Of a stretch of DNA of 64,000 nt, positions 36,151 through 49,199 are shown piece after piece; position 1 is the stretch's first letter; every line of letters begins with the position of its first letter. Below the pieces are notes generated by a model. The model had not been told where the DNA came from and did not search any database. It saw only the letters and a list, made by a program, of their open reading frames with translations. A program made the translations under genes and the position numbers. The stretch is from positions 310,372,001 through 310,436,000 of the forward strand of contig OZ024743.1 in NCBI GenBank assembly GCA_964016885.1. The letters are read 5' to 3'. Source of the stretch: Eledone cirrhosa (taxonomy: Eukaryota).

Positions 36151-36394
36151 AAAAAAGTAAAGTCTGTCCCGAGCCCGGAGACTGATCAGGCCAGTGCTTA
36201 TTCCCTTTTCCGTGGCGTGAAGCGAATGAGAGTACAAGACTCTCCCTTAGACATGACGCCAGTCTATCGCAGGGTTAAACCCTAGCTATTGCTGATACAC
36301 ATTTTCAGCTAAGTATACACAACCCAGTACAGGAATCGAACCCATGACATTACGGTCCTAAGTCCAACATACTTACTACTAGGCCACGTCGCTC
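36151..36394 (-). mobile_element. Second-family SINE with 8-bp TSD
   Basis: tRNA head (GTGGCCTAGTAG..GGTTCGATTCC) and gactggcgtc...tcgcttcacgccacggaaa. TSD cactatga at 36143-36150 and 36395-36402. Confidence 0.8.
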
Positions 36395-36884
36395 CACTAT
36401 GACATTAAATTAAAGATGATAGCCTTTCCCCTAATAATGCATGTTTTTCTCATAATCTGCCCAGTAGTAGGACATAGTTTTAGATATTTTCTGCTACATG
36501 ATTACAGGATGTTAAGAGTTAAATGTTAGGTTGAGTCAGAATGGTTTTATTGCTTATGTATTTTAAGCCGATAAAGATGACAACGGAACAGAAGTAAGTC
36601 GTTTCCATGAAGCCGATGTTGATCTTCAAGATTGTAGAAAGAATTTAGTGCCTACTGTATAAGAATAGTTATTCCAGAATGCTGACACAGAGAAATAGTT
36701 ACCAGTATGATAACAAAAAGAAAATGATATTGCAATAAGTTTCAAATAATTAATAACATAAATAATTCACTCATGACATAACTGCAGTTTAGTGTACTTC
36801 TACACCGAATTTGTTACGCGAGAACTTTCTTAAAGGCACATGTTTTAATTGAATATTTTTGGAAGGTGCAGATTAAGATAAGAA

Positions 36885-37000
36885 GGTGGTGGATTGTGGC
36901 ATTTGTTCTGGCTCTTTACATTCTGAGTTCAAATTCTGCCAATGTTAACTTTAACTTTTATCGTTCGTGAGTCGATAAAATAAAGTACCAGTTAAATAGT
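36885..37000 (+). mobile_element. Partial degenerate SINE
   Basis: ctgagttcaaattctgcc...gtcgataaaataaagtaccag. Confidence 0.7.
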
Positions 37001-37080
37001 AATTGATGTTCAGTAAAGAGAAGTGTTGTTACGTGAGATTGTTAGCAAATATGTAGGATGTTTTCATTTAGGCATGATCT

Positions 37081-37119
<39 letters not shown>

Positions 37120-37634
37120 TTCTCCGCCTCTCTCTATCTCCCCCTCTCATTTTCTCGCTCTCTCTCTCTCCCTCTCATACATATGTTACCAATAATTCAA
37201 TGTGGGATGAACATTGTACTTTATATAGATTTAGAAGTAACTCAGAACTGAAGTACAGAAACTATAGCAGCTTTCGTCATGTTATAGTTATATGACTGCC
37301 ATTTCAATTAACTAGATATCGTGTACCTTATACTTGATAACAAATATTATGGTTTAACACGGTTTTTAGCAAGCAGGAAGAATGTATTTTGTAAGAGTGT
37401 TTTCTTGATAAACGTAGTGCTTATATTTAGGAACAGCTGTAAAAGAAGTATGCAGAATATTTCGATTTGTAGATTCATAGAAGCAGTGGAATTTTAAAAT
37501 ATAATAATTATTTTGAATATCCATAAATATATGATTGCGTGTGAGGAGTTAACCAAGAAAGAATGGATAGCATGTGCATAAAAACATGTGTGGTTTGAAG
37601 TGACAGTGAATAGGTTGTTAATAGGAGAAGGATG

Positions 37635-38007
37635 AGGCTAGGGTAATAATTGTTTCTTATATAGGCACAAGGCCAGCAATTTTGGGGGAGAGGAAAGTCG
37701 ATTAAATCGATCCCAGTGCGTGACTGGTACTTTATTTTATCGACCCCGTAAGGATGAAAGGCAAAATTAACCTCGGCAGGATTTGAACTCAAATCATAAA
37801 GGGTCATAACTCTTTGCTGCAAAGCATGGCGTCCGACCTTCTACCGATACTGCCAATCCACCGCCCTAGGCTACGGTAATAATTGTTTCTACTTTTGGCA
37901 CAATGCCAGCAATTATCCCAGTGTATTACTGGTACTTTATTTTATCGACCCCGTAAGGATGAAAGGCAAAGTTAACCTCGGCGGGATTTGAAGGCTAGGG
38001 TAATAAT
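37635..38007 (-). mobile_element. Two SINEs (full 37645-37866; 5'-truncated 37878-37991) separated and flanked by a triplicated 16-bp target
   Basis: aggcta(g/c)ggtaataat at 37635-37650, 37868-37883 and 37992-38007. Confidence 0.9.
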
Positions 38008-39814
38008 ATCTTGTGTTCGCTTAAGTTAGAAGATATGTTTCAGTGAGAGACCCATTGACACACTGCAGAAACGTTCTAATCCAGAGTGTTCATAAACGAA
38101 TATTTTTGTACAAGTGTTTCACATGAAACACGATGAAAAGGTTTTTCCGATGCCATAGGTTTTCACAGAAATTAACGAAGACAAGAAATTGTTGGTGTGT
38201 AGGGCAAAATATATGAATTCTGCGGAGATATGATGTATGTGCGTGTATATATGTGGGTGGGAGTTGTTTGTACATGTATCTGTATATCTGAGAGGGGCTA
38301 AATTTATATATGTATTTGTATGTTAATATATTTCGAAAGCTAACTGTTTTTTCAAAATAAATTAAGGAAACTCGTTGTGTGTGTTAGGATGGAGAGTGAA
38401 TGCGATGAAATAATTACCGTCATATGCATGTCTGTTATGAGATGTTGAAACTAATAAAGAAATCCATCTTAGTCAGATATTTGTAATTAAGTCTCTTCTT
38501 ATGAGTGTATGTGTTTCTATATATCTCCCAACAAATAATTCCAACGAGATCACATGGATCACCCTTCAAAGAGCTGCTCCTCACTCGACAGGAATTCGCA
38601 ACTATGAAAACATGCTTAATTACGAGGACCGACTTTTGCTACCGATGTTCACAGGTAATAAAATTTATCCTACATAATTGTACGAAACCTGGACAACATT
38701 TGAACAGCCACATTCCACAATATTGTACTCTGAGCTTACCTCTACGCGTCATTATATATCTTCCTCTTCAATAATATCTTTCTAACACACACACACAAAC
38801 AAAGTCAAAATTAGCTGCATTTCTACGAAGCTCTAACCTCTAGAATATCTATCTAGCACCCAGGAAACATTTTAGGTAAATACTCCTTTTTATCTCTCCA
38901 GCCAACATAATAAATTCACCAATCCTAAACACGATCAATGTCTTATTATCTTTACAAAAGTCTAATTAAGTGTTGCCCTCCCTCTCTAACTGAAAACTAC
39001 ATTCCCTTCCCTTTTATAGGAACTCTCTAGTAATCATAGCAACAACCATAACAAAGGAGACAATCTGTGGAAATAATTCCCCAGAGTAACGCGAGTAATT
39101 GACAGATCAAAATAGTTGAATAAATCGGGTAAAGTACTCATAGACACTGAAAAGGTGGTCAGACGATTTATTTAACAATTATTTATAGTTATCTGCATTG
39201 TGGTGATTACGTTTTCATATATTCTAATTGCTGATACATATATATACATATATATAATGCGTATAATGCAATAAAATAATTACATCTGCATTAACATTAT
39301 TTCCTAAATGGAAACTCCATCACCATAATACTGAAGGTATACGACTGACGTGGAGTGGTTTTTAATTGCTTAAACAGGATTATATTTGAGGTCTTACAAC
39401 GTAACCTTCACGAATAAACACCCTAATTATCTGCATTATGGTTAAATATGGCTGTGTATGTGGGTATCTATAAATCTATATTTTCTTAGGCTCTCTGTGT
39501 CCTTTCCCAATCGTTTCTCACCCCATCTTGCTAGTACTTTTTGATGATAGAGAGAAAGTTTCCCGGAGTAGCATATTTGCATTTCAATAGCCAGCTCTGT
39601 GTAATTAATTAGCCTTTCAGTTCGCTTTTGCAATATATTATACTAATTTGGTATTACTAAGGCAATAATTATTCATGCTATCTACACTCTTCTCAAAGGG
39701 AATGTTACCAGACTTATCACACACTAATTGGTGATTTGTTAGTGAACTAGAAATCCTTTGCATTTCTACATTATCATTCTATACGATATAACATTTTTTA
39801 TAATGCAAAGTACT

Positions 39815-40145
39815 GGATGGACTGAATCGTTAGAGAATATTTAGTTCACCTCTTGTGTTCTGGGTTCTAATCATACCCAGGTCAACTTTAACTTTCATCT
39901 ATTCAGGTGTCGATAAAATTATGTACCATAAATTTACTAATACATATTACCACATAGTATTTTAGGGCAGTGAATTGGCAGAATAATTTGAACGTCGGTG
40001 AAAATGCATCACAGTGTATAGTTGCAGCTCTTTGCGTTCCGAGTTCAAATCTCGTTAAGACCAATTTTGATTTTCATCCTCTCCAGTATCCATAAAACAT
40101 AGTAGCCGTCAAGTACTGGGTTCGATTTAATCGACTTTCAGCTAC
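39815..40145 (+). mobile_element. Two degenerate SINE copies
   Basis: B-box and gtcgataaaa central-block remnants at ~39860-39930 and ~39965-40140. Confidence 0.6.
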
Positions 40146-40510
40146 CTCAAATATAAATAATTATTTTCTCTTATCTGAGTCGTACCAATTAGGTACAATG
40201 TAGCTGCGCTTTTAATCAATTTCCTCAACCAAATTTGGATTACTTTTGTTTGGGTCAGTTTATTTGGAACTTACTAAAAAAGGATATAGTTTATATAACT
40301 TCAATATCTTGTTCCTTAAATAGAGAAGACGCAACATTTTTTCAATAGTCTCTGCTTTCAAGCAGACATACATACTGTGAAAAAATGTCAAAAGTGTTCA
40401 ATTTTAGAGAAAGAAAAGTGATATAGGAGGTGCTAGCGATTCGTTGATAGATGTTGCATGATTGGAAGTAAATGTGATTTAATTCCAACATTTTTCACAA
40501 ATGTTTTTAG

Positions 40511-40858
40511 TACCAACATCAACACTAACAATGAGGATGGTGATTTCTCCATCAGTTTCTACGATGGACATTCAGGTTTTCGATCAACTGAATTTCCAAC
40601 TAATGAATTAACTTTAGAAGGGTGGAGTATTTCGTAGGTATGTGTGCCGTTGATGTAATTCTCAAGCCGAATCAGCGTGGGAAAATTTGTCACAAAATAG
40701 GACTTTTGTATAACAATTACAATCCATCCAATGGGCTTCCATGTAATTTTTCTTTTGACCCATGCTATAATAAAGACACATGCCCACGGCTTCCATGTAG
40801 TTTTTCTTTTGATCCATGCTATAGTAAAGACACTTGCCACCCAGTCGGATCAGTCTAA
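40511..40858 (+). pseudogene. Candidate terminal exon of a Cys-rich extracellular protein (one frameshift)
   Basis: tttttag acceptor, then TNINTNNEDGDFSISFYDGHSGFRSTEFPTNELTLEG / EYFVGMCAVDV...CHKIG..., with an in-frame 54-bp duplication encoding LPC.FSFDPCY.KDTC x2. Confidence 0.4.
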
Positions 40859-41377
40859 AGACATAATGTTTGAGAAACGAACTTCTTAATCCCTTCAGTC
40901 ATGCTGTGTTCGCTCAACAGCAGTACAACCTTGACCAACACCACAACTGCTAGTAACTATAATATGATATGCAAGCAACAACAACAACAACATCAATAAC
41001 TTAAAAACCAAAGCAAATACCACCACTACTACCCTTAACAACAACAAATCATTTAAAGACGTTAAACATCGAATTTCATAATATAACACGTTGGTCTTAA
41101 CAAAATACTGAGATCAATAATTCAGAAATCTGATAGTGTATGACGTCGGGAGAAAACATTGTTCTTTTCTATTATCGTCAAAATAACAGTTTTTCAACGT
41201 ATACATTTATTGGTCCATATAACAGTTGAGACTATTTTGAAAAATTGATTTAGTGCCATTTGTCTTTACTATAGAAGATTATAGATGACACTGTTGACAA
41301 TGTAAATTATTCTCAGTATGGAATACAACCAGTCATTAAGTATTTTTTTTATTGAATTTTGTCATACATACATATGT

Positions 41378-41467
<90 letters not shown>

Positions 41468-41468
<1 letters not shown>

Positions 41469-41929
41469 CGATAAATTAACGGAGCCATAGACTCTCGCTA
41501 TTCCCTGACATTAATGTGCTCAAAGGAGAAGGAATCCCTAGCCCTTTATAATACAATATGTAGAAAAGACAACACACTAGAGAGAGAGAGAGAGATAGTG
41601 CGTTATCAGTCAAACAGGGAAAAACCACCAGTGTATGGAATCTATAGCCCATGGAATGCAAAGTAGACCCACAATAATTAAAAGTATAAATCACAGTGCA
41701 AATACGTACCTTGATAACCATCTAACACACACGTACAAATCCGAAAGGATCTGTTTCACCAACTAATTTGTTGACAGAAATGATTAGCCTATGGTTCCTC
41801 AGACAACACTAAAAGAATATTTGCCTTCTATGGGCTATAGATTCCATACACTGGTGGTTTTTCCCTGTTTGACTGATAACGCACTATCTCTCTCTCTGGT
41901 GTGTTGTCTTTTCTACATATTGTATTATA
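41468..41929. mobile_element. Fold-back cassette (arms 41547-41662 / 41820-41929) + tail, between (TA)n tracts
   Basis: Near-perfect inverted arms. Minus-strand ttgagcac at 41516-41523. Confidence 0.65.
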
Positions 41930-41994
41930 TATATAGAGAGAGAGATATAGATATAGAGAGAGAGGGAGAGAGTGTGGGGAGAGAGAGAGAGAGT

Positions 41995-42356
41995 GAGAGA
42001 GAAGGTGAAATTAGAAATAGCACTGCAAATATATTGAAGGGTCCATTTTTCTTTTTTTCCTTTCTTTGGCATTATTGAAAAAATAACAGGGACAATTCTT
42101 TTAAAAATCTTTAATTTCTAGTTTTTAATCCTTATTAATTCTTTTTAATTGTAATACTCAACGTATGATAAGATACATTTTACTAATACATAGAAACAGG
42201 TAATACTTTATATAATTTATATACATTATAAAACTCTTTTTAAAAGAATTGTCCCTCTCATTTTTCCAATAATGCCACTTTGACAAAGAAAGGAAAAAAA
42301 AGAAAAATGGACCCTTAAATATATTTTCAGTGCTATTTGCAATTTCAACTTCTCTC
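41995..42356. repeat. Imperfect inverted repeat (arms ~110-120 bp), MITE/foldback-like
   Basis: gaaatt..aaatagcactg...gggacaattcttttaaaaa pairs with tttttaaaagaattgtccc...cagtgctattt..aatttc. Confidence 0.75.
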
Positions 42357-42942
42357 TATAACCCTTGTTTTGTATAGAACTTTACTTTTCTTTTCAATAT
42401 ATATATATATCAAGCATAAAAATGACAATATATTTCGCCATTGTATTGTGTCGTTTGAGCTAAACCTGAAACATCATGTTGAAATATATTGGGTAAAAGA
42501 TTACATTCTTTTGTTTTATTTGTTATCATTTGCCCTTTATATATTTATACTGGATTGTACCGGCTTATCAGTCATTTATCAAAAATAATAATACATTAAC
42601 AAAAATATTACACTAATTTTTAGAATATATTATTTAGAAAACATTGAATGATTTGAAATTGTTTTATCATGATATGTATAGTACAACTGCGAATTACAAA
42701 AGGATATACTTGGCTTCCATCATTATTTAGCAGTGTATTTTTCCTATCATATTTACGTACATGTTTAATGGGGTGACAACAAACGCCTAACAAAACAATC
42801 ATATGGAAAGATTTTTATGCATGCAAAAAGAATTTGGTGCGACTGGGCCGAATATTAATATTACGAACAGTCCCAGTGATACACATACTGCAATTGCAAA
42901 AAACGACAAATACACTACTCACATACACACATAGACAAAAAG

Positions 42943-42997
<55 letters not shown>

Positions 42998-43036
42998 GGT
43001 GCGTGTCTGCCAAACGAGAGTAGCCCTGTACCTCAG

Positions 43037-43428
43037 ACACCATGGTTTGCAGCATAGAGATATAGCCCTTTTACGTTCTGAGTTCAAATCCCGCCAGGTT
43101 AACTTTGCCTTTCATCCTCACTGGGTCGATAAAATAAAGCACCAGTAATGCACTGGGGTAATTTCTGGCCTTGTGCCAATAGTAGAAACAATTATTATGT
43201 TACATATAGGGCGGTGTTTTGGCAGTATCGGTAGAGAGTCAGACGCCATGCTTTAAAGCATATAGTTACGAACCTTTACGTTCTGAGTTCAAATCCCGCC
43301 GAGGTTAGCTTTGACTTCATACTTATGGGGGGTCGATGAAATAAAACACCAGTAACATAGTGGAGTCGATTATATTACTTTTCCCTCAAATTGTTCGCCT
43401 TGTGCTTAAATCATAAATCCTTATTATG
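43037..43428 (+). mobile_element. Two tandem SINEs (43037-43198, 43209-43428)
   Basis: Consensus matches. Both end in ttattatgtta. Confidence 0.85.
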
Positions 43429-43845
43429 TTAGATAAACAAATGATTTTCTACATAAAGCTGTCAGACAAAAGTGAGAGAGAAGAAACGTAATTAGCATGG
43501 GAACTGCAAGACAGACAGAGACATTTTTGTTCCTTCCAAATCGCAATTGCAACCAATTTCCACCGAAACGTGGCATGAGATCAAAACTGGACCAGCGAGG
43601 CGATATGGCCGCTCTATGTATGTTGCTTTAAAGAGATTAACTTCGTTAATGTATCTCGCACAACAATATATAGATTAATCGTATATCATTTGGGTCTAAG
43701 AATTTGGTTCCAACTATGTTCATGGTAAACGATATCAATGATGTCAATTTTGCCTTTCATTTAGTCAATATAATCTCTTTTCCCCTTAACACAAATTGCT
43801 GACATTGTCCCTAAATTAGAAATTAATATTATATCTTGATTTCAT

Positions 43846-43944
43846 ATAACTTTGCCTTTCATCCTTACGGGGTCGATAAAATAAAGTACCAGTAATACAC
43901 TGGGTAATTGTTGGCCTTGTGCCAAAAGTAGAAACAATTATTGT
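43846..43944 (+). mobile_element. 5'-truncated young SINE
   Basis: taactttgcctttcatccttacggggtcg...gtagaaacaattatt. Confidence 0.85.
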
Positions 43945-44627
43945 ATGATTTGTAAACTCGTTGACTGTGTTTTATAATTTATATCAAATTATGATATTTA
44001 TGGAATAACGTCCTTGACCCTACTCTCGTTTCGTATAATTTCTTTTGACCACACGCATAATTTAATAGCCTCTTTCGCCCACGTATAGCGTTTTATTTGA
44101 ATGCATAGTAGATTCTTATGGTTAGTAAAGAAAATACTTTTATCATTGTAACTGTTGTTGTATAATTTTGTATTTTGATATGACCTGACGTGTCTTCCGC
44201 TCGCTCCTCCGTGCCATGGGGTTTTATCAAATACAATTACGTGGAAGAACATATTCAATGTGAAACTTCTAATAAGAACGATGAAAAATTAATTGTTTGC
44301 ACTAAGTATTTCATTTTGACAGTGTTTGTTTTTACCACACGCATACAAACAATATGATTACTTCATTTAAAATTTCCTGGAGTAATTCGAGTAATAAAGT
44401 AGGTTTCTACAGATAGCAAAGACCATAAAAAAACATTTATTTAATAACAAGAAGCAGGTAATGTTTATCTTGCAGAAAATAATATAATTTTGAACAATTT
44501 AAGCGAAATTTAATACTGATAATATCATCAACAATAATAGAGGGAATGAACTATTTGCATATTTTTCACTAAGGAATGTCAATGCACAGAAAGCTCAAAT
44601 TTAGAAGCAAGGAAATGTTTTTCAGCC

Positions 44628-44915
44628 TCGCATGTGATCTAGTGTTGAGGGTGTTGATCGTACGATCATAATGTCGTGCGTTCAATTCCTGGACTGCGTT
44701 GTGCGTTTTGTTCTTGAGCAAACACACTACATTTCACGTTGAAACATTATAGACAGTTGAAAATGAGGATGAGCAATAGCTGAGGGTTTAGACTCGCAAT
44801 GGACTGGCATCCTGTCCTGTCCTGGGGAGAGTCCTGTGCTCTCGGTCGCTTCAGGCCACAGAAATTGGGTTAATCACCGGCCTGATGATTATCTAAGGCG
44901 TTAGACTTTAATTTT
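44628..44915 (+). mobile_element. Second-family SINE
   Basis: gttcaattcc B-box, gttcttgagcaaaacact, gactggcatcctgtcc, ctcggtcgcttca. Confidence 0.7.
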
Positions 44916-45280
44916 CACTGAAGATGTCTCCAAAATAACGGATCTTAGATATGTTGTATCTAAAAGGAAGATCACGGGAATGCGGTATAACTGCGTGGCA
45001 AAAGACATCTATAATTCAGATCTTTCATGTTCAGTGAAAGAAAATAACTTATCTCGAAGAAGATACTGTCATCTCGAACAATATACGGTCATTTTTATGC
45101 CCTCGAGAGAAAAATTACGGACAGGTTTGACTGATATGTAGGATAGCATCTCTTCCATGGATTGAGGAACCATATGTGTTCAATTCAAACCGAATGAGGA
45201 GGTGAACGCGAGCCAAACTGTTGCATAAGTATTCAATTAATAAACAATATTTTATCATTATAAGAATTATTATTATTATT

Positions 45281-48200
45281 ACAGTTGCATTTATCTTGCT
45301 TTATGTACATACGAGTTATCACCAAGTCACAACCAATGACCTGAAGAGACAACAAGGTCCGCCATGTTCAAGAAAGAACATACCTACACACACATGCATC
45401 TTTAGGTGTTTAGACTTGTGATGTACTTATATTGACAGAATCTTCCTTAATATATGGGCAGTTCCCATTAGTACTATCTTTTGTATTTCTCCTATACGCG
45501 GGTTTCCTGGGATTTGCGATAAGTAATCATTAGCCCCCTAGGTATCATTCCTAGATCGCTTACAACCACTGGTATTGTCTTAGTTCTCAATTTCTATCTC
45601 CAGGTCCTTATACTTGCTCAATTTTTCAAATGTTTTTATAGATACATTCTTGTCTATTGGAACGGACATATCAATTAGCAGGCATACCCTCTTTTGAAAG
45701 TCCTTCAATATTATATCATCTCTATTTGCATCTATTTTTCGGTCTGTTTGGATGCTAAACTTCCACAAGATTGAGATGTGATCTTTTACAAGTACGGGAG
45801 GTGGTTGATGCTCCCACCAATTCTTTTGATGGGGCAGGTCAAAATGCTTACACATTATCCAATGTATGTATTGTGCAGCTCTGTCATGCATGTTTAGGTA
45901 TTCGGTTGGAGCTATAGGACTGCACATTGAAATTATATGATCAATGGTCTCTGGTCGTTTTTTGCATACACGGCATAATGGGTTGTATCCATTTTTTATT
46001 ATGTTGGCTTGGTAACTTTTTGTTGGCAGACATTGATCTTGTGCTGATATAATTAGTTCTTCAGTCTCCGATTTTAGTCCAGAGCATGCCAACCACTGAT
46101 GGGTTAAAGGTTTGTCAACATCAGGATTGTTAGCTCTTTCTGGGTATTTTCCATACAGAGGCTTTTCTTGCCATTTCTTAGCCAGTTTCTGTAGCAGTTC
46201 TATCTTTGCAGTTACTTTTACCTGCCTTGCTTTTTCTGTGTTTTTCATTTCAGCAGTAAATGGAACTTCTGAAATTTGTAGTCCATTACTGTATCTTTGT
46301 GCATCTTTTGTAATGGAGTATGATCTTTTGATGCTTTCGTGTTTCAAAACGAGTTTGATCATCCAATTATGTGATTCCCTTAGATATGTAGATAATCCAA
46401 TTGTTGTAGTTTTTAACGCAATATCTAACTGGATTAACCCACGACCTCTTTCTTTCCCAGGGAGATCTATTCTATCTGTATCTGCCTTAGGGTGATGCAC
46501 TCTGTGCATGGTTAAGAATTTTCTAATTTTTTTATCGAGCCTACGGATCTCTGTGTTTGACCAGTTGATGACATTGTAACTGTAGGTTACTACTGGTATG
46601 GCAAGCGTGTTTATGGTATCGATCCTATTCCTTACATTCAATTCCGTTCTTAAGATTGCTCTTACTCTGCGGTAACATTCCTTCCTTATCCTTTCCCTCA
46701 TTGTCGAGTTCTTGATTCCGTCTCCTTCACAAACACCTAGAGATTTGTAAGTTTCCTCTTGATCAAGTTCTCTTATCACATTCCCCCGATCAAGATTAAT
46801 GTCTGAACTTTTCAGCAGCTTTCCTCTGGTTAACGTTACTTTGGCGCATTTATCTAGTCCAAACTCCATTTTAATGTCATCACTGAACTGCTCCACAGTG
46901 GATAATAGCCCCTGCAATTGTTCATCATTTTTGGCAAATAGTTTCAGGTCATCCATGTAGAACATGTGATTAATGGTTTTGTCATAGACTTTATATCCAT
47001 GTTTTGTTTCATTGAGCATTTTACTTAATGGTATAAGTGCGATGCAGAATAAAAGCGGTGATAAAGAGACACCCTGAAAAATTCCACAATTAATATTAAC
47101 TTCCCCAGCTTCCAGTGATTTCTTTTCACAACTCAAAAGGAGTCTCGTTTTCCATGTCTTCATACTGAATGACAGGAACCTCCTGACAACGAGAGATATT
47201 TTGAAAATCTCTAAACATTTTTCAATCCAACTGAGTGGCAAACTATCGAATGGATTGTTATAAATCTATCCAAGCAATTGATAGATTTTTGTGTCTATTA
47301 TGACAATCTTCCAGTATCATTTTGTTAACCAAAAGCTGATCTTTACAGCCATATGAGCCAGGTTTACACTCTTTCTGCTCATTGGGAAATAGATCATTTG
47401 TTATCATATGTATATTCAGTTAGGATTGATGTTAAAATTTTATACATTGTGGTCAAGCAAGTTATCGGTCTGTAATTTTTGGGATTGTTTGTCTGATCAT
47501 TCTTCGGAAGTAGGAATGTAATGCCGTTAAATAGCCATGATGGTATCTTTTCTGGCTCCTTAACTATTTCATTGTAAAGTTGGGCTAACAGCTCACGAGA
47601 CTCTGTATTATTTTGTCTTTTCCTGGGGATTTCCATTTGCTGGTTTTTCTAAGAGCCAACCGCAACTTTTCAACTGTTATATTTTCCCATGTTTGTTCCT
47701 CTAACTGAGCTGTATCATTCATTTGTCTGTCTATCCATGGGGTATGTATATTATGAACTTTTACTTCGGCCCAGATCTTTTCCCAGAATTCTTGCACTTC
47801 TTCCTTGGTTGGTATTGATTTAGCAGTTATTGTTGACTTATCAATTTTTCTGTAGAAGTTTCTTTGGTTGTTTTTGAACATATTATTGTCCTTATAGAAT
47901 CTAGTTCGTTTTTCAAAGAATATTATACGAGCAGCTTTGGCCGACACTTTTTGCTTGATTATTTCTATCAGCATGTCTATGTCACTTGTTGATTTTATAC
48001 TGTATTTTTTTTTCAATTTTCTAAGTTTAGTTTGTTTAACATGTTCACCTACTTTGAAGTTTGTTAACATGTCTATGTCAGATCGGAGAAGGTTTATCTG
48101 GCGATTGATGTTCTTTGCCAAGTAGGTTTCTTGTGGGAATTCCTTTGTTTTTTTCATTTTCACTCCACATAAGTGAGTGGTGACTTTAGCCGATGCATAA

Positions 48201-49190
48201 TAGAGATGATTTAGATCAGTAATGTTTAGTTTGTTTGTGATGATAATGTTTTTGAGAATGATGTTAGTCTTGTGTATTATCTTTTGGTTCTGTTTGGAGT
48301 TCTAGATCCTAGGGAGAGTGCCTGGTTCCCCCATGTCAGATTCTTTCATTTTCATCCATTCGATCATAATTTCATTTTTCAAGTTGACAGGTTCATTCTC
48401 ATTTATTTCTTTATCATTTACGATCTCGTTGTTTTCATTTTGAATTTCATCTTGAGCATGTACTCCCTCCACGTTTGTGATCCTTTCTTTAATTTGTTCT
48501 ACTGTCAGTGATTCCGCCACAACCCTGGGATTCGAAGTGTTACAATTTACCTTGGTTTCACTGACACATGTTTCATTTTCCCTTTGCTGACTTTGTGCTA
48601 ATTGCTTGATCTGATCAATTTCTATATCAGTTAGTAACTTTTTTTTAACAATATTTCTTCCTATATTGGCTAGTTTGTTAATGTCAACGTAGCCTCTGTT
48701 TTCGGGATGTTTCTTTTTCCAGTTGATATATGTCTGTTCTGTATTCGATCTATTTGATGGGTAGTACATGGCAATGTAGAAAGCCTCAAGGACTTTTTAT
48801 TGTCTTCCCTTGACCATTTTTCTCTCTTTTTCTTTGGATTTCTTGGTGGTGAGCATGGAGGGCCAACAGTAGGAGTATTCCGGTTATGGGAGGTCTCCAG
48901 CTCCGAATTGATGGGAAGGTTTGAACCATTAACTGATTTTTCGACGCCAGTCTGGTTCCTCTCTGAGGGACGCGGCCCTTTTTGAGCCGGGTGACGGCCG
49001 ATCCGGTATGAGATTTTATCATTTGACATTGACTTTATCTTGTTGCGTGTTATCCTTAACCGCCAAGGGGTAATCATTTCGTGTTACCACTCCTAGGACG
49101 AGTGTCAACCAAGACTAGATTGGTCGTCCTCCCCTAGAGACATGGCTATTTCCTGCCGGCCGCCATACCGGTATTTCTTGGTCACGGATT
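45281..49190 (-). mobile_element. R4/Dong-type RLE non-LTR retrotransposon, family A, apparently full length but disrupted
   Basis: 3' end abuts (ATT)n. Single frameshifted ORF with RT, CCHC and RLE domains, and a GC-rich 5'UTR at ~49030-49190. Confidence 0.92.
45427..49029 (-). pseudogene. Family A polyprotein (N-terminal region, RT, CCHC finger, RLE), with frameshifts and stops
   Basis: WKSPGKDKI, NYRPITCL, GIFQGVSLSPLLF, HMFYMDDLKL, CRVC..ETIDHIISMC, D..LIDMSVP..KLSKY, and terminal LMGTAHILRKILSI*. Confidence 0.9.
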
Positions 49191-49199
49191 CTTTTGTTT

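Noticed and set aside
41995-42356. CACTA/CACTG-type MITE
   Set aside because: The inverted repeat extends beyond CACTG into (GA)n and no TSD is seen, so it is kept only as a generic foldback.
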